Source: Verrucomicrobiota bacterium
Lineage (GTDB): Bacteria; Verrucomicrobiota; Verrucomicrobiia; Verrucomicrobiales; V1-33
DNA: 64,000 nucleotides
NCBI GenBank assembly: GCA_039795165.1
Contig: JBDKER010000003.1
Location: 105,220-169,219, forward strand
Direction: 5' to 3'
Shown: positions 30,732 through 40,077 of the stretch, piece by piece
How the letters are laid out: each line of letters opens with the position of its first letter
Position numbering within the stretch: the stretch's first letter is position 1
Program-made: the position numbers and the translations under genes
Notes under the pieces: generated by a model
Told to the model about the DNA's origin: nothing
The model's input: the letters and a program-made list of their open reading frames with translations, nothing else
The model's database searches: none

Positions 30732-32276
30732 TCAGTTCGGCTGCGGTTTGGTGACCGCTTCCATCACGCGTTCCAGGTTGAAGCTGCCTGGCTTCTGCCG
30801 CGGGGGGAATTCGCGGAAGCTCTGGAGCCATTGGCCCACGTATCCGGCGGCTGGGGCGATGAGGAACATGCGGTCGAGGTACCAGCGCTGGTAGCCCATG
30901 GCATTTTCCTCTTCGGCGCGCTCGAAGGGATCCATGCGGAGGTTGGTGATGAGCGGGGCGCGGAGTTCCGTGAAGGGTTCCTGCCAGACCTTGAGGCCTT
31001 CGGCTTCCTGTTTGAGGAAGGTGATCTTCCAGTTGCCGTAGCGGAGGGCGGCCACGCTACCGTCGTCGGTCCAGTAGATGAATTCCTTCCGGGGCCATGG
31101 GGCGGTTCCCTTGAGGGCGGGGGCGAGGTCGTAGCCGTCGAGGTGGACTTTGTAGGTGCGGTCGCCGATGGTGCGGCCTTTCTTGAGGTCCGCGACGACG
31201 GTGGAGTCGCCGGCGGCGGCGGCGAAGGTGGTCAGCATGTCTTCGTGGGCGGCGATGTCATTGATGACGGTGCCGGGTTTGATGACGCCGGGCCAGCGGA
31301 TGAGGGTGGGAACGCGGTAGCCGCCCTCCCACTGGGTATTCTTTTCACCGCGGAACATGGTGGTGCCGCCATCGGGCCAGGTGAAGGTTTCCGCGCCGTT
31401 GTCGGTCGAGTACATGACGATGGTATTGTCTTCGAGGCCGAGTTCCTTGAGTTTGTCGAGGACCTGACCGACGTGGCCGTCATGTTCCACCATGCCGTCG
31501 GCGTAGACACCGAGGCCGGTTTTGCCTTCGGATTCGGCCTTCAGGTGGGTGAAGATGTGCATGCGGGTGGAGTTCCACCAGAGGAAGAATGGTTTCTGGG
31601 CCTTTTTGGCGCGTTCCATGAAGTCGAGGGCCTTGGTGGTCACCTCTTCATCGATGGTCTCCATGCGCTTGCGGGTGAGGGGTCCGGTGTCGGTGACACG
31701 GCCATCGGAGAAGCTGTGGATGACGCCGCGGGGGCCGAACTGCTTCTTGAAGGCGGGATCCTTCGGGTAGTCGGGGTTTTCGGGTTCCTCTTCCGCGTTG
31801 AGGTGGTAGAGGTTTCCGAAGAACTCGTCGAAGCCGTGGTTGCTGGGGAGCATTTCGTCACGGTCGCCGAGGTGATTCTTGCCGAATTGGCCGGTCATGT
31901 ATCCCTGGGCGCGGAGGACGGTGGCGATGGTGGGGTCTTCCTTCTTCATGCCTTCCGGCGCACCGGGGAGACCGACTTTGGTGAGGCCCGAGCGGATGGG
32001 GGACTGGCCGGTGATGAAGGCGGCGCGTCCGGCGGTGCAGCTCTGCTGGCCGTACCAGTCCGTGAAAAGGGCTCCTTCGGTGGCGAGTCGGTCGATGTTG
32101 GGAGTGCGGTATCCCATCATGCCGCGGTTGTAGGCACTGATATTGAACTGGCCGATGTCATCGCCCCAGATCACGAGGATATTGGGTTTGGCGGCTTCCG
32201 CGGCGCCGACCGAGGCCGGAGCGATGGCGGCGCAGAGGGCGACGCCAAGGAGTTTTAGGATGGAGTGCTTTTTCAC
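30732..32276 (-). CDS. arylsulfatase (Cys-type, formylglycine-dependent)
   Basis: 514 aa with a signal peptide. Sulfatase signature SCTAGRAAFITGQ (C-x-A-x-R) followed by GKNHLGD. Confidence 0.92.
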   Translation of the reverse strand: MKKHSILKLLGVALCAAIAPASVGAAEAAKPNILVIWGDDIGQFNISAYNRGMMGYRTPNIDRLATEGALFTDWYGQQSCTAGRAAFITGQSPIRSGLTKVGLPGAPEGMKKEDPTIATVLRAQGYMTGQFGKNHLGDRDEMLPSNHGFDEFFGNLYHLNAEEEPENPDYPKDPAFKKQFGPRGVIHSFSDGRVTDTGPLTRKRMETIDEEVTTKALDFMERAKKAQKPFFLWWNSTRMHIFTHLKAESEGKTGLGVYADGMVEHDGHVGQVLDKLKELGLEDNTIVMYSTDNGAETFTWPDGGTTMFRGEKNTQWEGGYRVPTLIRWPGVIKPGTVINDIAAHEDMLTTFAAAAGDSTVVADLKKGRTIGDRTYKVHLDGYDLAPALKGTAPWPRKEFIYWTDDGSVAALRYGNWKITFLKQEAEGLKVWQEPFTELRAPLITNLRMDPFERAEEENAMGYQRWYLDRMFLIAPAAGYVGQWLQSFREFPPRQKPGSFNLERVMEAVTKPQPN

Positions 32277-32362
32277 TGATGGGTGTTATGGGTTAGCTGG
32301 GTCGCGAATCGACCGGTAGGTATCCTACCATTTCCGGAGGGCGCATGCAATGAAACTAAAGT

Positions 32363-33829
32363 TTATGATGGGGGTGGAAGATTTCCCTGTGAGGGTGCGA
32401 CGGGAAGAACGAGGTGGAAGACGGCGCCGGTGGGGGAGCCGGGTTCAGCCCAGATCTGGCCGTGGTGGGCTTCGGTGATGGAGCGGCAGATGGGGAGGCC
32501 CATGCCGAGGCCCTGTTCCTTGGTGGTGTGGAATGGGGTGAAGACGGATTCGGGGTCGGGTGGCAGGCCGCGGCCTGAGTCTTTGAGGGTGAGGTGGATG
32601 AAGTCGTTGCTGTGGCGGGTGGACAGGTGGAGCCGGCGCTGGTCTGGCGGCGAATTTTCCATAGCTTCGCAGGCATTGAGGACGAGGTTGAGGAGAACCT
32701 GCTGCATCTGGATGGGGTCGGCGAGGATGGGGGGGGGAGTGGGGTCGAGATCACAGGTGACAGCGACATGCTGATCGCGGAGGATTGGTCCGGCGAGGCT
32801 GAGGACTTCCGATGCGATGGTGTTGAGGAGGACCGGCTGCTGGCGGACTTCTCCGCGGCGGAGGAGGTCGCGCGTGCGGCGGATGACTTCGGAGGCGCGG
32901 CGGTTCTCGCTGATGATGTCGGCAATGATCTGGCGGACGGTGGCGAGGTCCGGGTGATCTTTGGCGAGGAGGCGCTGAGCCGCCTGGGCGTTGCTGAGGA
33001 TGATTCCGAGGGGTTGATTCATCTCGTGGGCGAGGGACACGGAGAGACCGCTGACGGTGGCGACGCGCCCGAGGTGAGCCACTTCCTGACGGCGGTCTTC
33101 TTTGGTGGTGCGGAGTTCTTCGGCGAGGCTTCCGGCGCGGAGGGTATCGCGGCTCAGTTCGAAAGCCATGGTGGCGATCATGCCGAGGAAGTATAGGCAG
33201 GCTGCCATGGGGACATCGGCGAGGCCCCAAAACGAGAGAATGGCGTGGGCGGTGCCTCCGGCGATCCATGCGGCCATGGTGGCAGGGACGAGGATGGCGC
33301 GGCTTTTCTCGCCGCGTTTCCAGACGGTGATGGCGGCATCGATGAGGTAGGCGATGAGGAGGAACAGCGAAAGCTGTGCGACCGGCATGAAGGGGTTGGG
33401 CGGGCCTGCTGGAATGGTCACGGCTTCGCCGAGGAAGGAGATGGTCCGGAGACTCGTGATCGCGGCGAAGTTGACATTGACGCCGGAGGTGAAATTCAGA
33501 AAGAGGGCGATGGTTCTGGTGAGGATGCCCAGGGAGCCGAGCCATGGTCGTCCGGCCTTGAGGTGCCATGAAGTGAACAGGACGACAGCGGTATAGTTGA
33601 CCCAGACGGGGATCTGGTACCATCGGAGCAGGCTGGCGCTGGCATCGGTGGAAGCTGAGCGCATGAGGGCCAGTTCCGTGAAGGCCATGGCTGCGGTGGC
33701 GAGGCAGTGGATGCCGAGGGCGACGCGGTCGCGGCTCTGGCGGTGGCGCGACCAGACGAGGAGGTGGATGGCCGCGAGCACGAGGCAGGCCGAGGCCACC
33801 ATGGACCAGATGATGGTGACTTGGCTCAT
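32363..33829 (-). CDS. membrane sensor histidine kinase with a polytopic N-terminal domain; no adjacent response regulator
   Basis: About 7 N-terminal TM segments. H-box SLAHEMNQPL, N-box LLNLVLNACEAM, G-boxes DSGRGL and GMGLPI. Confidence 0.8.
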   Translation of the reverse strand: MSQVTIIWSMVASACLVLAAIHLLVWSRHRQSRDRVALGIHCLATAAMAFTELALMRSASTDASASLLRWYQIPVWVNYTAVVLFTSWHLKAGRPWLGSLGILTRTIALFLNFTSGVNVNFAAITSLRTISFLGEAVTIPAGPPNPFMPVAQLSLFLLIAYLIDAAITVWKRGEKSRAILVPATMAAWIAGGTAHAILSFWGLADVPMAACLYFLGMIATMAFELSRDTLRAGSLAEELRTTKEDRRQEVAHLGRVATVSGLSVSLAHEMNQPLGIILSNAQAAQRLLAKDHPDLATVRQIIADIISENRRASEVIRRTRDLLRRGEVRQQPVLLNTIASEVLSLAGPILRDQHVAVTCDLDPTPPPILADPIQMQQVLLNLVLNACEAMENSPPDQRRLHLSTRHSNDFIHLTLKDSGRGLPPDPESVFTPFHTTKEQGLGMGLPICRSITEAHHGQIWAEPGSPTGAVFHLVLPVAPSQGNLPPPS

Positions 33830-33856
33830 GGGTGGGGAGCCTCCGGGTGGGTTGGC

Positions 33857-34924
33857 TCAGCGGGCGGGTTTCACGCAGCGGAAGCCGACGTGATTGCTGG
33901 CCGTTTTTTCTTCGCCTTTGCCGCGGGAGCCGACGAGGTAGCGGGTGCAGTACTGAACCGAGCAGAGGAACGAGCCGCCGCGGTGAACGCGTTTCTTTTC
34001 GGTGGGTTCCGTGGGGTCGTAGGGGGCGGATGGGCCGGTGGGATTCCGTTCGATGGTGCCGAGCAGTTTGCGGCGGGCGTAGGTATCGGGCCGGTACCAG
34101 TCGCTGACCCATTCCCATGCATTGCCGCCCATGTCGAAGAGGCCGTAGGGGTTGGGCGGGAAGGACTGCACGGGGGCAAGGCCGGGGAAACCATCGTCGC
34201 CGGAGTCATTCACGGGAAACTTCCCCTGATGGGTATTGGCCATCCAGCGTCCGCCGGGTTTGAGTTCCCGGCCCCATGTGTAGGGTTCTCCGGCGCGTCC
34301 GCCGCGGGCGGCGAATTCCCATTCGGCTTCGGTGGGGAGGCGTTTGCCGGCCCATTTGGCGTAGGCGGCGGCGTCCGGGTAGGCGATCTGGACGACGGGG
34401 AATTTTTCCCTGCCGCGGATATGCGATTTTGGGCCTTCGGGGTGTTTCCAGCAGGCGCCCACTTCGTAGCGCCACCACTGGAAGTAGTTGTCGAGTTTGA
34501 CGGGCTTTTCGGTGGGGGTGAAGACCGTGGAACCGGCTACGAGGTTTTCCGGGGGAGCGGTGGGGAATTCCTCCTTGGTCGGGGCGATTTCGGCGATGGT
34601 GCGGTAGCCCGTGGCGGCGACGAAGGCGGCGAATTCCTCATTGGTGACCTCGTGGCTGTCCATCCAGAAGCCATCGACGTAGACGCGGTGGACGGGCTGG
34701 GCGTCGCGGGTGACGCCTGGTTGTTCGCAGAGCGATTCGTCTTTCGCATCCGATCCCATGGAGAATTCCCCGCCGGGGATCCAGACCATGCCGGCGGGGG
34801 CGGGTCCGGGAGCCGGGGATTTGTTCTCGATGGTGTGCTGGAACGGGGACGTGGCGGAAGACTGGGCGCGGGCCGTGGCGGCGCAGAGGCCGAGGAGGGT
34901 GCAGACCGTGAGTTGCCGGAGCAT
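33857..34924 (-). CDS. formylglycine-generating enzyme (SUMF1/FGE family)
   Basis: The internal ATG at 34924 gives the signal peptide MLRQLTVCTLLGLCAATARA. Motifs MVWIPGGEFSMG, HRVYVDGFWMD.HEVTN, RVHRGGSFLC and GFRCV. Confidence 0.9.
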   Translation of the reverse strand: MLRQLTVCTLLGLCAATARAQSSATSPFQHTIENKSPAPGPAPAGMVWIPGGEFSMGSDAKDESLCEQPGVTRDAQPVHRVYVDGFWMDSHEVTNEEFAAFVAATGYRTIAEIAPTKEEFPTAPPENLVAGSTVFTPTEKPVKLDNYFQWWRYEVGACWKHPEGPKSHIRGREKFPVVQIAYPDAAAYAKWAGKRLPTEAEWEFAARGGRAGEPYTWGRELKPGGRWMANTHQGKFPVNDSGDDGFPGLAPVQSFPPNPYGLFDMGGNAWEWVSDWYRPDTYARRKLLGTIERNPTGPSAPYDPTEPTEKKRVHRGGSFLCSVQYCTRYLVGSRGKGEEKTASNHVGFRCVKPAR

Positions 34925-34925
34925 T

Positions 34926-36419
34926 TCAGGGAATGGGTTCGATATCTGGGAGAACCCAGGAACGGTCGAAATATGCCTGGGTTGGTCCATAGAGACGGAA
35001 GTAGGTGAACCAGCCTTTGCCGGGGAGAGTCTTGATCCAGTTGCTTTCGGGTTTGCCGGAGGGTGGGGTGGGACCAAAGTAGAGGTCGACGGAGCCGTCG
35101 GGGTTTCTGACGATGTTGTCGCGGGAGGAGCGGTCCGGGGGAACGCCAGTATCCACGAAACAGCGGGTCTCATTGTCATAGACGGTGAATGACCAGAACT
35201 GAGCGACGGGTGCGTCCTTGGGGACGGTGAGTTTGTAGGTTTTGCTGCCATCGAGCCATTCCCCGGATTTGTCCTTGGACGACTCGAGGTACACTTGGCC
35301 GAAGCCGACCGTGCGGCCCATCATGCCGACCGAAACCCCGACCGCTTCGTAGAACCACGAGCTGCGTTCATCGAGTTGGGTGTGGTGGGGTGCCTCCTGG
35401 TTGGTTTCCTTGAGGCAGAGCGAGATTTCCCAGTTTTTTCCGGGCCATACCTTTACGCCTTCGAAGCGTTTTTCATAGCCGATCGTGCGGGCCATCACTT
35501 CGCCGACCATGGTGGCATCAGTGAGAATTGCTTTCAGGCGATCGGTCGGGTTGAACTGCTTGCCCTTTTCGATGCCGAGCGGTTGGAGCATGCCCATCAT
35601 TATGCGGTCGCGTTCGATGACCGGTTCCTCGTTGATGACTTTTGAAAGCCCTTCCCAGTAGGCGAGTCCGCGTGGTTGTTCGCCGCTCCATTTGCGGCCG
35701 GCGGGTGAGATGTGGCGGGTGGGAGGTGGGTTGCTGCGTTGGCTGTAGGGGTAGATGCGCAGAGCGTCGACGAGTGCTTTGGCTTTTACGGGATCGGGAT
35801 CGAGGGCGCGGTGAGCGGACCAGATGTTCACCGTTGGCGAGCGGAAGACATAGTAGCCTTCGGGGCGGATCTCCGGATCGTCGGGACCGAGAATGAGGTA
35901 TTTGCCGCCCGCGCCTTTGTCGGGGCCGGTCTGGCCGGAGTCGGTGATGGGGCGCTGCCAGAAGTCGGTGAAGCCGCCGGCGGTGGGTCCGGCGGGGACT
36001 TCGAAGACGAGTGGGCCGGTCTCCTTCATGTTGGGGAACGACATGATGTACGGCGTGGTGGCGTTGGCGGTGAGGAGGCCGAGTTTGTCCTTGAAGGTGA
36101 GGTAGTCGACGTAGTCCAGATTGCCTGCACCGAATTTGGTGAGGTGTTCCTGCTGCCACTGCTGCATGGCCATGAGGGGAAGAGCCCAGAGGTATGCCTG
36201 GCAGGCGCGCTGGTGATCGATGGAGTCGAAGACTCTGGCCGCAGATTCCTGAGTCGGGTAGCCATTCCTGAGTTCGAGTGTTCCGATCCGCGTCTCGACA
36301 GTGCCCGTGGTGGGGAGAGTCTGAGCGGAGATGCTGGAGGCTGCGATCAGCGTTACGAGCGCAGTGAGAGTCAGAGATGGGGCGACGTGAGGAAAGTGCA
36401 TAGGTGGTAAGGAATGCAT
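34926..36419 (-). CDS. DUF1254/DUF1214 domain secreted protein
   Basis: Internal ATG at 36419 (or 36401), preceding a signal-like segment. The DUF1214-typical C-terminus is FWSFTVYDN..NPDGSVDLYFGP..NWI.T.PGKGWFTYFRLYGP. Its stop lies 1 nt before the FGE start. Confidence 0.8.
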   Translation of the reverse strand: MHSLPPMHFPHVAPSLTLTALVTLIAASSISAQTLPTTGTVETRIGTLELRNGYPTQESAARVFDSIDHQRACQAYLWALPLMAMQQWQQEHLTKFGAGNLDYVDYLTFKDKLGLLTANATTPYIMSFPNMKETGPLVFEVPAGPTAGGFTDFWQRPITDSGQTGPDKGAGGKYLILGPDDPEIRPEGYYVFRSPTVNIWSAHRALDPDPVKAKALVDALRIYPYSQRSNPPPTRHISPAGRKWSGEQPRGLAYWEGLSKVINEEPVIERDRIMMGMLQPLGIEKGKQFNPTDRLKAILTDATMVGEVMARTIGYEKRFEGVKVWPGKNWEISLCLKETNQEAPHHTQLDERSSWFYEAVGVSVGMMGRTVGFGQVYLESSKDKSGEWLDGSKTYKLTVPKDAPVAQFWSFTVYDNETRCFVDTGVPPDRSSRDNIVRNPDGSVDLYFGPTPPSGKPESNWIKTLPGKGWFTYFRLYGPTQAYFDRSWVLPDIEPIP

Positions 36420-36442
36420 GCTAGGGTGCAGCCACCGAAAGT

Positions 36443-37432
36443 TCAATCTGCTTTCGGCGGATGAATCTGCGACCACTCGTCTTTCATGCTGACAACGGTC
36501 CATCCGCGTTTGGCGGCTTCGTCGAGGCCTTGGTCGAGTCGGCCGATGGGCGAGGTGCGGTCGTAGGCGAACTCGCGGGCGGCGTCGTTGTGGTGGACGA
36601 GGAGGCCGAAGCGCGGGCCTGGGCCGGAGGTGGTCCATTCGAGCATCTGGAAATCGCCGTCTGAGTTGCCGAAGGCCATGAGGGGTCGGCGGCCGATGTG
36701 CTGCTGGATGCCGACGGGTTTACCGGCTTTGTCGTCGATGAAGTTGACTTCCGGGAGTCTGGCGAGGGATGGCTTGCCGTCGGTGACTTCGTATTTTGTG
36801 CGGATGCTGGAGCCGATGACTTGTTCCGGGGGGATGCCGTAGACGCGTTCGGTCCATGGGCGCATGAATTCGATGCCGCCGCCGGAGACGATGAAGGTTT
36901 TGAATCCTTTGGAGCGGAGGAAGCCGAGCAGTTCGAGCATGGGCTGGTAGATCATTTCGGTGAAGGGCCGGCCGGTTTTCGGGTGGCGGGCCGTGGCGAT
37001 CCAGTCGGTCACGGTTTTCTCGAAGTCCTCGGTGCTCATGCCGGCGTGGGTGGCCATGATCATTTCGACGAGGGCGTGTTCGCCGCCGGCGAGGGCTTTG
37101 GCTGGTTCTCCGCGGAGGACTGAGGCGAAGGGTTCCTTTTCCTTCCATTCCGGGTGCTGCGGGGCGAGGGCGCGGACGCGGTCGAAGGCGAAGAAGGCCT
37201 GGAAGTACATGGGTTGTTCGCTCCAGAGGGTTCCGTCGTTGTCGAACGTGGCGATGCGCTGGGGCTGGGGGACAAAGTCCGGGGAACCTTCCGTGGTGAC
37301 GCGGGTCACGAATGAAAGGATGGCCTTGCGGGCGGGTCCTTCGTTCCATGAGGGGAGGGGATTTTCCTCTGCGAGGGCGGCGGCAGGGAGGAAGATGGCA
37401 GTGAGGGCGGAGAGCAAGCGTCCGATTTTCAT
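36443..37432 (-). CDS. secreted HAD-superfamily (subfamily IB-like) hydrolase/phosphatase
   Basis: The ATG at 37432 gives MKIGRLLSALTAIFLPAAALA. HAD motif I is ATFDNDGTLW and motif IV is AFGNSDGD. Confidence 0.7.
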   Translation of the reverse strand: MKIGRLLSALTAIFLPAAALAEENPLPSWNEGPARKAILSFVTRVTTEGSPDFVPQPQRIATFDNDGTLWSEQPMYFQAFFAFDRVRALAPQHPEWKEKEPFASVLRGEPAKALAGGEHALVEMIMATHAGMSTEDFEKTVTDWIATARHPKTGRPFTEMIYQPMLELLGFLRSKGFKTFIVSGGGIEFMRPWTERVYGIPPEQVIGSSIRTKYEVTDGKPSLARLPEVNFIDDKAGKPVGIQQHIGRRPLMAFGNSDGDFQMLEWTTSGPGPRFGLLVHHNDAAREFAYDRTSPIGRLDQGLDEAAKRGWTVVSMKDEWSQIHPPKAD

Positions 37433-37575
37433 GACTGGCACTGTGGTCGCGGACGGGGGACAGGCAAGATCAGTGATGTTATACGAAAGTTTACAGGGGC
37501 AACCCGGGTGGAGAACGTGGGCCTGGTGCGTGCGGGTGCAAAAGCGGGTCGGGTGGAACGTATGGGGAGGGGGAA

Positions 37576-39012
37576 ATGAAGAAGATGGATGCTGCCGATG
37601 CTGGTTGCCGGATGAGCCGGCGGGAAGTTCTGTGGCAGGCGGGTGGTGGTTTGGCGGGTTTGGCCTTTGCGCAGATGCTGACGCGCGAGGCGGTGGCTGG
37701 CGGAGCGGAGCTGAATGGCGGCCTGCATCATCCGGCGAAGGTGAAACGGGTGATTCAGCTGTTCATGAATGGCGGGGCGAGTCCGATGGATACTTTTGAT
37801 TACAAGCCGGCTCTGGAGAAGCACCATGGGCAGATGCTGGGGCCGAAGGTGCGGCCCGAGGGGCAGACCGGCGACTGCGGAGCGGTCATGAAGAGTCCGT
37901 TTGCGTTTCAGCAGCACGGTCAGTCCGGGCGGTGGGTATCGAGTGTCTTTCCGGAGCAGGCGAAGCAGGTCGACCGGATGGCTTTCCTGATGGCCATGAC
38001 ATCGAAGACGAGTGTGCATGGACCGGCCAGCTACATGATGAACACGGGCTTTGTGCTGCCGGGTTTTCCGTGCATGGGGGCATGGATTTCGTATGCGCTG
38101 GGGAGCCTCAGTCAGAATCTTCCGGAGTTCGTGGTGCTGCCTGATGCGCGGGGTCTTCCGTACAATCAGCGGGCGAATTTCAGTGCTGGGTTTCTTCCGG
38201 CGCGGCATCAGGGAACGGTGATTCAGGCCGGGGCGGAGCAGCCGGTGCCAGATCTCTTTCCGCTGCGGAAGCGATCGTTCACTGGTGGGGATGCGGACCG
38301 CGAGGCAAGGGAGGTACTGCGGGCGATGAACGTGCGTCATGCCGCGGAGCGGCCCGGGGACACGCGGCTGGAGGCGCGGCTGGCGAGTTATGAACTGGCG
38401 GCGCAGATGCAGCTCAGTGCGCCGGAGGCCTTTGATCTTTCGCGGGAATCGGAAGTGACGCGCAGGAATTACGGGATGGAGAGGAAGGAGACTGAGGATT
38501 TCGGGCGGCGCTGTCTGCTGGCGCGGCGGCTTATTGAGCGGGGCACGCGGATGGTGCAGGTCTGGAGCGGGCCGCAGGGTGCGGCGGACAACTGGGACAA
38601 TCATGGGAACATCCAGACGGAGCTGCCGGCGATTGCGGTGAGTGTGGACCAGCCGATTGCGGCCTTGCTGGAGGATCTGGCGCAGCGCGGGCTGCTGGAC
38701 GACACGCTGGTGATCTGGACCACGGAGTTCGGGCGGACACCATTCACGCAGGGGAATGCCGGGCGTGACCACAACGGCGGGAGTTTTGTGACGTGGCTGG
38801 CAGGGGCGGGTATCCGTGCCGGGGTGTCGCATGGGAGTAGCGACGAACTGGGCGGTAAAGCGGCCGAGGGGGTGACATGGTGTTATGATCTGCACGCGAC
38901 GGTGCTGCATCTCATGGGAATCGACCACGAACGGCTCACGTTCCGGACCGCGGGGGTGGACCGGCGGCTGACTGATGTGCATGGCCATGTCATCAATGGG
39001 ATTCTGGCGTAG
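37576..39012 (+). CDS. DUF1501 (sulfatase-like) protein with a twin-arginine signal
   Basis: 478 aa, with GGGGAGGGGG upstream of the ATG. Tat motif SRREVLW. Family-typical FMNGGASPMDTFDYKP and WTTEFGRTP..GRDHN. Confidence 0.88.
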   Translation: MKKMDAADAGCRMSRREVLWQAGGGLAGLAFAQMLTREAVAGGAELNGGLHHPAKVKRVIQLFMNGGASPMDTFDYKPALEKHHGQMLGPKVRPEGQTGDCGAVMKSPFAFQQHGQSGRWVSSVFPEQAKQVDRMAFLMAMTSKTSVHGPASYMMNTGFVLPGFPCMGAWISYALGSLSQNLPEFVVLPDARGLPYNQRANFSAGFLPARHQGTVIQAGAEQPVPDLFPLRKRSFTGGDADREAREVLRAMNVRHAAERPGDTRLEARLASYELAAQMQLSAPEAFDLSRESEVTRRNYGMERKETEDFGRRCLLARRLIERGTRMVQVWSGPQGAADNWDNHGNIQTELPAIAVSVDQPIAALLEDLAQRGLLDDTLVIWTTEFGRTPFTQGNAGRDHNGGSFVTWLAGAGIRAGVSHGSSDELGGKAAEGVTWCYDLHATVLHLMGIDHERLTFRTAGVDRRLTDVHGHVINGILA

Positions 39013-39250
39013 TCGGATCCTTCTGCGGCTGTGCCGGGAGCGGTGTTTCCGGGCGATCTGAAGCTACGGTCTGCCGTGGCGGGACCGCTGCAGATCAGTG
39101 GGGAATGGATGGATCCGGGCGGTCCCGTGGTGCTGCTGCGGGCATGCGGCCGGCTGCGTCAATGGCAGGTCTTCCGGGTGAAAGCGGGGTCCGTTCAACC
39201 GTCTGCAGTGTGCGATTGACGGCGGGAAGAGGGGGACGGAAGGCAGTCCG

Positions 39251-39949
39251 ATGCGCAAGACTATTCTTACAGCACTGTTGTCGCTGGCCTCGGCTGGCAT
39301 GATGCAAGCCCAGGAAGGCAAAGGTGCCGCCGCCGTGCCGGCCGAGCCGACCGCTTCGGATGTGGGCTATGCCCTTGGCTGCCTGATCGGCAAGAACATT
39401 TCGTCGCAGGGACTCAAGCCCGACTTCGAAGCGCTCGTAAAGGGCCTCAAGGAAACCATGGAAGGCAAGAAGCCATCCCTCAGCGACCAGCAGCTGCAGG
39501 AGACGATTCAGAAGCATCAGATGGCGGCGGCCGCGGCGGCAGGCCCGAAGAATACCGAGGCCGGCAAGGCTTTTCTTGAGAAGAACGGCAAGCGCGAAGG
39601 CGTCAAGACGACCGCAAGCGGGCTCCAGTATGAAGTTCTCAAGGCTGGCGAGGGAGCCAAGCCAGCGGCGACCGACACGGTCAAGGTGCATTATCATGGC
39701 ACTCTCATTGACGGTTCGGTGTTTGACAGTTCCGTGGACCGTGGTGAACCGATTTCGTTTCCGCTGAACCGGGTCATCAAGGGATGGACGGAAGGCGTTC
39801 AGCTCATGCCGGTGGGATCCAAGTACAAGTTCGTGATTCCTTCCGATCTTGCCTATGGGGCTCAGGGAGCGGGTGGAAAGATCGGGCCGAATGCCACGCT
39901 GATTTTCGAGGTGGAACTGCTGGCCATTGAGCCTGCGGCAGCCAACTGA
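39251..39949 (+). CDS. FKBP-type peptidyl-prolyl cis-trans isomerase (Mip/FkpA-like, secreted)
   Basis: Signal peptide, a helical dimerisation region, and an FKBP core VHYHGTLIDGSVFDSS..FPLNRVIKGW..LAYG..IGPNATLIFEVELL. Confidence 0.92.
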   Translation: MRKTILTALLSLASAGMMQAQEGKGAAAVPAEPTASDVGYALGCLIGKNISSQGLKPDFEALVKGLKETMEGKKPSLSDQQLQETIQKHQMAAAAAAGPKNTEAGKAFLEKNGKREGVKTTASGLQYEVLKAGEGAKPAATDTVKVHYHGTLIDGSVFDSSVDRGEPISFPLNRVIKGWTEGVQLMPVGSKYKFVIPSDLAYGAQGAGGKIGPNATLIFEVELLAIEPAAAN

Positions 39950-39979
39950 GCGCGGGCGGAAGCCGAAACAATGACAGGG

Positions 39980-40017
39980 AAGGCTCCGGGGCTTGTGCTC
40001 CGGGGCCTTTTCTCTTT
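39980..40017 (+). terminator. intrinsic terminator after the FKBP gene
   Basis: AAGGCTCCGGGGC-ttgt-GCTCCGGGGCCTT (13-bp stem with 2 G.U pairs) followed by TTCTCTTTG. Confidence 0.7.
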
Positions 40018-40077
40018 GTCAGAGAAGGATGGGGCTGTGCTGGACAGCGGGGTGGAACTGCGGCAGATGTCAGGGTC

